26,225 bases of DNA from Gemmatimonadota bacterium. Lineage in GTDB: Bacteria > Latescibacterota > UBA2968 > UBA8231. Position 1 is the stretch's first letter. The number at the start of each line of letters is the position of its first letter. The notes under the pieces were generated by a model. That model was not told the DNA's origin and searched no databases. It worked only from the letters and a program-made list of their open reading frames with translations. The stretch lies in contig JAYOYH010000025.1 in assembly GCA_038153405.1 (NCBI GenBank), positions 36,416-62,640 of the forward strand, written 5' to 3'. Below are positions 9,050 to 16,755 of the stretch, one piece after another. The translations under genes and the position numbers were made by a program.

Positions 9050-12000
9050 TCAGAGTATTTCTCCCAGTGCCTCGTGTGCTTTTTCCAGCCGCTCAATTTC
9101 GTCGCGACCTTCTACCTGCAGCGAAATGTGCAGGCGCTCGCCCAAATCGAATTCGAGCGGGAAAGAGCACTTTTCGACGATCTGCTGAATGTCGCCGGGC
9201 GTGATCTGGCGCTCCTGGGGAAAGGCCATCACAAAGCGGTTCTTTTCCAGCTGGACTTTTTCCAGGCCGATTTGCCGCGCCATGAGTTTGATTTCCATGA
9301 TGTACATCAGCGAGCGCGTTGGTTCGGGCATGCGGCCAAAGCGATCTTCCATCTCCTCGCGTATTTCGAACAGCTCAACGATGCGCTGGGCGTCGGCCAG
9401 GCGCTGGTAGAACTCCATTTTCTGGTCGGCGTTGGGCACGTATTCATCGGAAATGTACGCACTGACGGCGATTTTGACATCGGGTTCGGGGTGGTCGGGA
9501 GTGCTCTCGCCCTTGAGCTCGCGCATGGCCTCGTCGAGCAGGCGGCAGTAGAGGTCGAAGCCCACGGCGGCAATAAAACCGTGCTGCTGCGCGCCGACCA
9601 GATTGCCCGCGCCGCGAATCTCCATATCGCGCATGGCAATGTTGAAGCCCGAGCCCAGATCGGAAAACTCCTCGATGGCGCGCAGGCGCATGCGGCTTTT
9701 CTTGGGCAGCTTTTTGCCCTTGGGCACCAACAAGTAGGCGTAGGCTCGCTCGTTGGAGCGACCGACGCGACCGCGGATCTGATACAGCTGACTGAGGCCG
9801 ATAGTATCGGCTCTGTTGACCAGTATGGTGTTGACGGAGGGTATGTCGATGCCGGATTCGATGATCATGGTCGATACGAGGCAGTCGTATTTCTTCTCCA
9901 TGAAATCCATCATTATTTCTTCGAGCTGGCGCGGGGCCATCTGACCGTGTGCGACGGCAAAGCGCACGTGCGGCAGCAGTTCCTGTAGATATTCGCACAG
10001 GCGGTGGAGAGGCTGGATGCGGTTGTGCACGAAGTAGACCTGGCCACCGCGCTCTACTTCGCGGTGAATCGCCTCGGTAATGCGCGCTTCGTCAAACGCA
10101 ATAATCTCGGTGTGGATGGGCAGGCGGTCCTGCGGCGGCGTGTTGATAATGGACATGTCGCGCGAGCCCATCAGCGACATATGCAGCGTGCGCGGGATAG
10201 GCGTCGCCGTCAGCGCTAACACGTCGACTAGGCGCTTGAGCTGCTTGAGTTTTTCTTTGTGGCGCACGCCAAAGCGTTGCTCCTCGTCGACGATCAGCAG
10301 ACCCAAATCGCGGAATTTGACGTCCTTGGAGAGCATGCGATGCGTGCCGATCAGAATGTCTACACCACCACTTTTGACGGCTTCGATTACCTGTTTTTGT
10401 TCCTTTGCGGTGCGAAAGCGCGAGAGCGCTTCAACGCGCACGGGCGCGTGGGCCATGCGCTCTCGAAAGGTCTGGTAGTGCTGTTCGGCCAAGATCGTAG
10501 TCGGCACTAGCACGGCCACTTGTTTCTGGTCACAGACCGCTTTGAAGGCGGCGCGCACAGCTACTTCGGTCTTCCCATAGCCTACGTCTCCGCACACCAG
10601 GCGATCCATGGGGTGTGGAGATTCCATATCGGTTCGGACCTCTTCCATCGTGCGCAGTTGGTCCGGGGTTTCCTGAAATGGGAAAGTCGCTTCCAACTGT
10701 TGCTGCATGGCGCTGTCGGTGCTGAAGCGGAAGCCGGGCAGCGCCTTGCGCTCGGCGTAGAGCTGCACCAGCTCGCTGGCCATCTTAAAAATTTCTTCGC
10801 GCGTGCGCTCCTTGAGCTTTTCCCAGGCCGTGCCGCCGAGGCGGCTGAGCGTGGGCACGTCGCCCTCGGCGTCGGAGTATTTGCGCAGGCGATCGAGCTG
10901 CTCAACCGGCACGAATAGGCGATCTGCGCCATGGTAGGTGACGGTCAGGCAGTCGTGTTCGCGTCCGCCAAGGGACAGGCGTTTGATGCCGCTATAGCGG
11001 CCAATACCGTGATCGACGTGCACGACGAAATCGCCGCGCTGCAAGGCCGCGTGGTTGGGTAGCGGTGCCGCCGAGCGAAATTTGCGATAGCGAAAGCGGC
11101 GCTTTTGACGGCTGAACAGCTCGTGGTCGTTGAGCAGGACGAGGTGTGCCTCGGGAAAGGTGAATCCCCTATGCAGCGTGCCGAGGCCGAAGTGGATGTC
11201 CGGCCAGTCGGCGAACATTTCCTGCAGTCGGCTGTTCTGCCCCTGCGTTTCGCAGCGCATGTAGATGGCGTAGTCTTGTTCGGTGAAGCGATCGATTTCC
11301 TTGCGCAGCAGAGCGACTTCGCCTTCGTAGGCACGCGCATCGCTGGCGTTGAACTGCACGGCATCGCCGCCGCGTCCCAACGGGGCGGGCCGCAGGTTGG
11401 CATACTGAGACAGGCGATCGCGCAGCCAAGCGGCATCGCGCATCAATTCGTCGGGGGGAACGAGGTCGTCGCGCTCGCCGTGGCGCTCGTACTCCTTCTG
11501 CGGCCGCGCTGCGGCCTTGTCGACTTCGGCGTATACGTCTTCTTCTTCTTCGCAGAATACGAGCGGATCGTCGAGGTATTCAAAAAGGCCGCCATCGCGT
11601 CCGTAGAGCAGAGCCATATAGCTCTCCACGCCCTCTAGCGAAGTGCCTAGTTCAAACTGATCGCGCAGCGCTTCGAGTGCGCGATCGTGGCCTTTACCGG
11701 CGGCCAAGCGCTGGAGGTAGTCCTCGTAGAACGGCGAACACAGCACGACCTCGCTCGCCGGTGGAATGCGCGCCTCTTCGCAGTGGCCGCGCGAGCGCTG
11801 CGTGCTGACGTCGAAAAGGCGAATGGATTCGATTTCGTCGCCGAAAAACTCAATGCGGAAGGGATACTCGCTGGCAAAAGGATACACGTCGAGTATGCCG
11901 CCGCGCACGCTGAACTGCCCCAAGCCGTCTACCGTCGAGACGCGTTCAAAGCCGCAGTCGATCAGGTGTGAGGCGATGTCGTCTGGCGGCTGCTCGTCGC

Positions 12001-12451
12001 CTTTTTTCAGGTGCAGAGAAGCCAGTTCCATGGCGTGCGGTGGAATGATAGGCGAGAGCAGGGCGGCAGCCGGGGCGACGACGATCGAGGCTTCTCGACT
12101 TTGCAGGCGCATGGCCGCTTCGACGCGCAGCCCGGTAATCTCGACGTCGGGAGAGCGCTTGTCATACAGGTCGGCATCCCAAGCGGGCAGATAGCGAACG
12201 ACCTCGCTGCCGGCGATGGCCTGTAGGTCGTCGCGCCACTGTTCGGCGCGATCTTCGTCGGCTGCTACCAGCAGCACGGTGCGCTCGAGCGTGCGCTGGA
12301 GATGTATCAGTAGAAAGGCGGCCAGCGCGTTGGGTAGACCGCCGAGCAAGACCTCGCGCTCACCGCTGCGCAGGCGCGAAACAACGGCGTTAAAGCTGGG
12401 CGTCTGCGCCGTTTGGCGCGCCAGCACATCGAGGGTGTGGGCGGGGTCCAT
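9050..12451 (-). CDS. mfd: Transcription-repair coupling factor
   Basis: 1133 aa with GQFSVRGGILDVYP, GDFVVHVDHGIGRY, MDRLVCGDVGYGKTEVA, DEEQRFGV, TATPIPRTL, QIRGRVGRS, RDMEIRGAGN. Confidence 0.99.
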   Translation of the reverse strand: MDPAHTLDVLARQTAQTPSFNAVVSRLRSGEREVLLGGLPNALAAFLLIHLQRTLERTVLLVAADEDRAEQWRDDLQAIAGSEVVRYLPAWDADLYDKRSPDVEITGLRVEAAMRLQSREASIVVAPAAALLSPIIPPHAMELASLHLKKGDEQPPDDIASHLIDCGFERVSTVDGLGQFSVRGGILDVYPFASEYPFRIEFFGDEIESIRLFDVSTQRSRGHCEEARIPPASEVVLCSPFYEDYLQRLAAGKGHDRALEALRDQFELGTSLEGVESYMALLYGRDGGLFEYLDDPLVFCEEEEDVYAEVDKAAARPQKEYERHGERDDLVPPDELMRDAAWLRDRLSQYANLRPAPLGRGGDAVQFNASDARAYEGEVALLRKEIDRFTEQDYAIYMRCETQGQNSRLQEMFADWPDIHFGLGTLHRGFTFPEAHLVLLNDHELFSRQKRRFRYRKFRSAAPLPNHAALQRGDFVVHVDHGIGRYSGIKRLSLGGREHDCLTVTYHGADRLFVPVEQLDRLRKYSDAEGDVPTLSRLGGTAWEKLKERTREEIFKMASELVQLYAERKALPGFRFSTDSAMQQQLEATFPFQETPDQLRTMEEVRTDMESPHPMDRLVCGDVGYGKTEVAVRAAFKAVCDQKQVAVLVPTTILAEQHYQTFRERMAHAPVRVEALSRFRTAKEQKQVIEAVKSGGVDILIGTHRMLSKDVKFRDLGLLIVDEEQRFGVRHKEKLKQLKRLVDVLALTATPIPRTLHMSLMGSRDMSIINTPPQDRLPIHTEIIAFDEARITEAIHREVERGGQVYFVHNRIQPLHRLCEYLQELLPHVRFAVAHGQMAPRQLEEIMMDFMEKKYDCLVSTMIIESGIDIPSVNTILVNRADTIGLSQLYQIRGRVGRSNERAYAYLLVPKGKKLPKKSRMRLRAIEEFSDLGSGFNIAMRDMEIRGAGNLVGAQQHGFIAAVGFDLYCRLLDEAMRELKGESTPDHPEPDVKIAVSAYISDEYVPNADQKMEFYQRLADAQRIVELFEIREEMEDRFGRMPEPTRSLMYIMEIKLMARQIGLEKVQLEKNRFVMAFPQERQITPGDIQQIVEKCSFPLEFDLGERLHISLQVEGRDEIERLEKAHEALGEIL

Positions 12452-12518
12452 GAGGATAAAGTCTGACGGTAATTTCCGCGTTGGGAAAGGTCGATTAACG
12501 GTCGGCTATAATCGGCGT

Positions 12519-12547
12519 AAAATACGTATTATTAATATTTTCGGCAA
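12519..12547 (-). promoter_or_regulatory. Putative sigma70-type promoter for the mfd run
   Basis: Minus strand TTGCCG (12547-12542), 17 nt, TATTTT (12524-12519), in an AT-rich patch about 70 nt upstream of mfd. Confidence 0.4.
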
Positions 12548-12563
12548 GAAATCGAAGCAGACC

Positions 12564-12860
12564 CTAACCCGCTCGAGCGCCCTCTGCCCGCACGGCTTGG
12601 GCCCGCAGTTCAATCGCTTGGCGATCGAGCGATTTGAGCTCGCGGCGCGTCATCCAGAACAGGTAGAGAAAGAGCCCTGTCACGATCAGCAGCATGAAAA
12701 TCATGGACAGTAGAATGGGCAGGTCTTCGTGCCCGAGCAGGACGATGCCGGCGCAGCAGACCAGCCATGCGATACCTGTGCACATGCAGAGGATGTGGCG
12801 AAAACGCTTCCACTGGGAGCGCATCCACACTATTTGTCGTAGATCGATGGACATACCCAC
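12564..12860 (-). CDS. Small hypothetical membrane protein (2 TM helices + charged C-terminal helix)
   Basis: Hydrophobic segments ILCMCTGIAWLVCCAGIVLL and ILLSMIFMLLIVTGLFLYLFW, then RRELKSLDRQAIELRAQA. Start may be the ATG at 12854. Confidence 0.65.
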   Translation of the reverse strand: MGMSIDLRQIVWMRSQWKRFRHILCMCTGIAWLVCCAGIVLLGHEDLPILLSMIFMLLIVTGLFLYLFWMTRRELKSLDRQAIELRAQAVRAEGARAG

Positions 12861-13066
12861 TAAGAACGATGTTCAACGCTGAGGCGACAACAGGTCTGCA
12901 ATTTTGCAGGCGCGTTTACACCATCGTGCGAATCGGTGCGAGGCGTGTTGTAGTTCTGTGCCATTCCAATTGGTTTTCGCTCAGAGAATAATTTATATTT
13001 TTTCGGCGTTGCGCTACATACCACAAGACAATCCGAACGACTATTGGCTGCGGAAAGGCTGTCTCC

Positions 13067-14317
13067 ATGAAGATTGTACTTGCCGAGGACTCCACTACGA
13101 TGCGCAAGATTCTGGTGAAGATCCTCAATAAACTGGGCTATAGTAACGTGTGCGAAGCGGAGGACGGCGCCCAAGCGTTGAAGCAGCTGTCGGAAGCGTC
13201 TTTTGATCTGCTGATCACCGATTGGGATATGCCTAGGATGTCGGGTTTACAGCTAATCAAGGAACTGCGTGCCAATCCGGATACCGTCGATGTTCCCATC
13301 ATTGTGTCCACGTCGCGCTCGGGGCAGGACGAAGTCATAGAGGCGATGGATGCCGGCGCCAACGATTTCATATCCAAACCGTTTAACGACGTGGAGTTAC
13401 AGGCCAAGATAGAGTCCGTCGTAAAATCGGTAAACGTCTTGATTGCCGAAGATTCAACGTCTATGATGGGCGTTGTCAAAAAGATGTTGGGAGATATGGG
13501 CTATTGCAACGTCTATGAAGCCTACGACGGCGCAAAGGCGTGGGAACTGCTGTGCGAAGGGCGTTTTGACCTGCTGATCACCGATTGGAACATGCCCAAT
13601 ATGTCGGGCTTGGAGCTAGTGGAACACGTGCGCGCCGATCCAGATATGGCCGATATGCCGATTATTATGTCGACGTCGCGCAGCAACCACGAGGACGTTA
13701 TCGAAGCGATGAAGTCGGGCGTGACCAATTACGTTTCCAAACCGTTTAAACCAAGCCAGCTAAGAGACAAGATCGCTCAAGTCATGCGCGGACAGGCTAA
13801 TAGGAAAATCAAGCAGCGGTCTTTTTCAGTCGACGCTATGCTCAGGGGATCGGCTCGTGATATGCTGTATGATCGCAGCTTTCCCTTCGTGCTCATGGTG
13901 GAAAAGAGCATCGAGTCGGCAGAGCTGCACCGCCCGACCAACGAGCGCTCCGTCGGTCTTCTCAGGACGAAAATTCAGGCCTTGGAAATAGCCAATAGCG
14001 AAATTCGCGGCGATGTGAGCTATGTGCTGGCCGATAATACGCGGGACGTTCTGCGCATAGTAGACGTCCACCGCGACGATATTCGGTTAATCATCATATG
14101 CAATGATAGGCCCGGTGGCGGCGTGACCTTAGCAAACCAAATCCTGCGCAACCACGGTGGTCGCTGCGACGTGTTGTTGTTTGTCGATTCAATTGCTAAG
14201 TTCCCCGTTGAACAGCGCGAGGTGATGAGCCATATGGGTATCAAGCTAGTTGAGAACAGACGCTGTACGCCTAGGGAGATGGACAAGCTATTTCGGGAAT
14301 GCGTATTCTCGATTTGA
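13067..14317 (+). CDS. Response regulator: two tandem CheY-like receiver domains plus C-terminal receiver-like domain X
   Basis: REC1: KIVLAEDS..DLLITDWDMPRMSG..STSRS..FISKPF. REC2: NVLIAEDS..DLLITDWNMPNMSG..STSRS..YVSKPF. No HTH or enzymatic output recognised. Confidence 0.9.
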   Translation: MKIVLAEDSTTMRKILVKILNKLGYSNVCEAEDGAQALKQLSEASFDLLITDWDMPRMSGLQLIKELRANPDTVDVPIIVSTSRSGQDEVIEAMDAGANDFISKPFNDVELQAKIESVVKSVNVLIAEDSTSMMGVVKKMLGDMGYCNVYEAYDGAKAWELLCEGRFDLLITDWNMPNMSGLELVEHVRADPDMADMPIIMSTSRSNHEDVIEAMKSGVTNYVSKPFKPSQLRDKIAQVMRGQANRKIKQRSFSVDAMLRGSARDMLYDRSFPFVLMVEKSIESAELHRPTNERSVGLLRTKIQALEIANSEIRGDVSYVLADNTRDVLRIVDVHRDDIRLIIICNDRPGGGVTLANQILRNHGGRCDVLLFVDSIAKFPVEQREVMSHMGIKLVENRRCTPREMDKLFRECVFSI

Positions 14318-14455
14318 GAGTCTTCCCTAGGTGCAATGCGCGGTTGTTTTTTCCCTAACAAATTGTTTTTATCTAAGGTCCTTTGAACGCGAATGCCGAT
14401 AGCGCTGCACAGAGCAAAGAATCAGCCTAGCTTGCCATTTTTGTAGAAAGCACGA

Positions 14456-14483
14456 TTGACCTCGCGCAGTCAAGCCCGATAAT
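14456..14483 (+). promoter_or_regulatory. Putative promoter overlapping a TTGAC-N8-GTCAA palindrome
   Basis: TTGACC (14456-14461), 16 nt, GATAAT (14478-14483). TTGAC (14456-14460) and GTCAA (14469-14473) form an inverted repeat. Confidence 0.35.
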
Positions 14484-14624
14484 TAGGATGACGCTCGGTT
14501 GTTGCTCCGCGAGGACGTATTTAGCACATGCGTCTCAGCATATACACATCCTTCCGCGCAAGGACAACGGTCTTGAGTCTGCAACAGTCGATATTTCGCA
14601 CTGCGTTTTTCGAGGTTTCTTGAT

Positions 14625-16736
14625 ATGAAGATCATGATTGTCGAAGACTCTACTTCTATGCGCAAAGTCCTCAACACAATGCTGCGTGGTTTGGGATACG
14701 CCGAGGTGTATGAAGCAGAGGACGGCGTCGAGGCGTGGGAGCATCTGTGCGATGGTGGCTTTGACTTGCTGATATCCGACTGGAATATGCCCAATATGTC
14801 GGGCTTAGAACTGCTAGAAAAAGTGCGTGCCGAACCGAAGACGGCGGAGTTGCCGGTTATCATGGCCACGTCGCGCACCGAAAAAGAAGACGTCATTAAG
14901 GCCATGAAAGCCGGTGCCAATAACTACATATCAAAGCCCTTTAACTCTTCTCAGCTCAAGGCAAAAATAGACAGAGTCATGCAGCTGACGACGGACCGAA
15001 AAGCGGAGCAAGAAGCACAGAAATTTGAGGTGATGCTCAACAGTTCGGCCAACGTGGAGGTTATGACACAGGAGCGCGTGCCCTTTGTCCTAATCGTCGA
15101 GAAGAGCATCGATCCAGTTGAGCTTAAACGCCCTGAACACAAAGAGACGGCGCGCCTGCTATCAATGAAGGTTGCGGCTTTTGAGGCCGTCAACGACCAA
15201 CTGGCCGATGGCAAGGTGCGCTATGTGCTGGAAGATGATACGCAGAGGGCGATGCGTCTGGTGCGCGCGCGCCGAGAGTCCATGCGCCTGCTCATCGTTC
15301 CCAACAATATTTCCGGCGGAGGCATAACGCTGGCCCGACTGGTCTTGCTCAACCACAAAGCCGACTGCAAAGTCTGTTTGATCGTCGATACGATGTTTGA
15401 GTTTTCGGTCACCGAGCGCAGTACGATGAGCAAAATGGGCGTCGTCCTGCTGGAAAGGGGCAAGCTCAACCCCCGTTCGCTGGAGCAGTTGTATCGCGAA
15501 AATGCCTTTTTGCCAGGTTCAACTGCGCCCGACACACCCGCTGCAGCGAGGGAGGCCACTCGGGTATCTGCCGGAGAAAATGCCTGGGATCAGGGTGGCT
15601 TCAGTTCGGATAACACCGTTTCGGAAAAGAAGTCTCCGAGCCTGTCAAGCGGCGATATGCGGCATGACACCCGACAGCTAGAAGCAGACATGGGGCGCAA
15701 TAGCGAGCTTCCAAGCGCGCCCTTGTTTTACGACCGGGTCCAAAAGATAGCGCGCGACCTTTCTGCCGATTCGATGTATTGGGTTGACGCCGTAGAGAGC
15801 GACCCGTGCTGTGAAGCCATGGTCATTGATAGGGCGCGGGCGTCGGTCCGCGGTGCACGCGACAAAGTCGAAGACATTAAGCGAGCAGTAGAACTGCTTG
15901 GCAAAGAGGCCGTTCGCGATATTGCCGCTGCTGCCGCACTAAACGAACCGTTGGAAGCTGCATTCGACGAGCGGTCCACTGTTCAGAGCTTCTGGCGTCA
16001 CAGCGTAAGTGCCGGATTCACCGCGCGCATGCTGATGATGCCCTTCGATGGTAGGAAGTTGGGCGAGTACCAGCAGCGCCTGTTTGATGAGTGGAGTCCC
16101 GAGGGACAGGTCGTGGCCATGCTAAAGCAGTTCAATATCTCGAGCCGCTTTGCGCTCGCCGATGGTGAAGTGCCCTTTGTCGGTGGCCTGATGCACGACA
16201 TGGGGCATGTCGCTGTCGCCAGCACGTACCCCGAGCAATTTGACAAGGTGCTGAGCTATATTAACGCTCAAGAGTACAAGATTTCCGTACACGCCGCCGA
16301 GATGGAGATTGCCCCGCGGTCTAACCACGCACTGGCTGGGACGATTATGGCGCACAATTGGGAGATGGGACAGCCGGTAGAAAACGCGATCCGGACCCAC
16401 CACGATCCCGAACCCGAAGATGAGTTCTCACTGCTGATCAGTCTGGCCGACTTTATTGCAGGAGCGGCGGATCCTTTTCCTCAAGACGCTCCGTATCCGC
16501 ACGTGCTGGTCGTCGAGAGCTTAGCTGGGGCGATGAATCCCATTGTCGAATTAGACGACGAAGATCGCGAAGCGCTGATGGCGCACTTCGTCCCCACGGC
16601 CGTGCTGGAACACATCAATACCAGTCTAGACCGAGTGCTTGCGCTGGCTGCGATCATGGCACCGGGCATCAAGCGAATGACGGCCCGTTTTGTGCGCAGC
16701 ATGGCAACCGCAGCGACCAAGCGCAGCATTTCCTGA
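14625..16736 (+). CDS. Response regulator: CheY-like receiver + domain X + linker + HDOD domain
   Basis: REC: KIMIVEDS..DWNMPNMSG..ATSRT..YISKPF. HDOD: ELPSAP, ESDP, AVELLG, FWRHSV, GLMHDMG, NHALAG..AHNW, AIRTHHDP, LADFIA. Confidence 0.9.
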   Translation: MKIMIVEDSTSMRKVLNTMLRGLGYAEVYEAEDGVEAWEHLCDGGFDLLISDWNMPNMSGLELLEKVRAEPKTAELPVIMATSRTEKEDVIKAMKAGANNYISKPFNSSQLKAKIDRVMQLTTDRKAEQEAQKFEVMLNSSANVEVMTQERVPFVLIVEKSIDPVELKRPEHKETARLLSMKVAAFEAVNDQLADGKVRYVLEDDTQRAMRLVRARRESMRLLIVPNNISGGGITLARLVLLNHKADCKVCLIVDTMFEFSVTERSTMSKMGVVLLERGKLNPRSLEQLYRENAFLPGSTAPDTPAAAREATRVSAGENAWDQGGFSSDNTVSEKKSPSLSSGDMRHDTRQLEADMGRNSELPSAPLFYDRVQKIARDLSADSMYWVDAVESDPCCEAMVIDRARASVRGARDKVEDIKRAVELLGKEAVRDIAAAAALNEPLEAAFDERSTVQSFWRHSVSAGFTARMLMMPFDGRKLGEYQQRLFDEWSPEGQVVAMLKQFNISSRFALADGEVPFVGGLMHDMGHVAVASTYPEQFDKVLSYINAQEYKISVHAAEMEIAPRSNHALAGTIMAHNWEMGQPVENAIRTHHDPEPEDEFSLLISLADFIAGAADPFPQDAPYPHVLVVESLAGAMNPIVELDDEDREALMAHFVPTAVLEHINTSLDRVLALAAIMAPGIKRMTARFVRSMATAATKRSIS

Positions 16737-16755
16737 CCCCATCCCTACAGCCGTT

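Noticed and set aside
8951..9988. 345-aa plus-strand ORF
   Set aside because: Antisense shadow of mfd with no recognisable motifs.
12950..12965. TGGCAC on the minus strand as a sigma54 -24 box
   Set aside because: The -12 position reads TACA instead of TTGC, so the required GC is missing.
14404..14455. GCACAGAGCAAA resembling the start of a c-di-GMP-I riboswitch
   Set aside because: The following GAAA-tetraloop stem and ACGCAAAG core are absent. A cmscan run would settle it.
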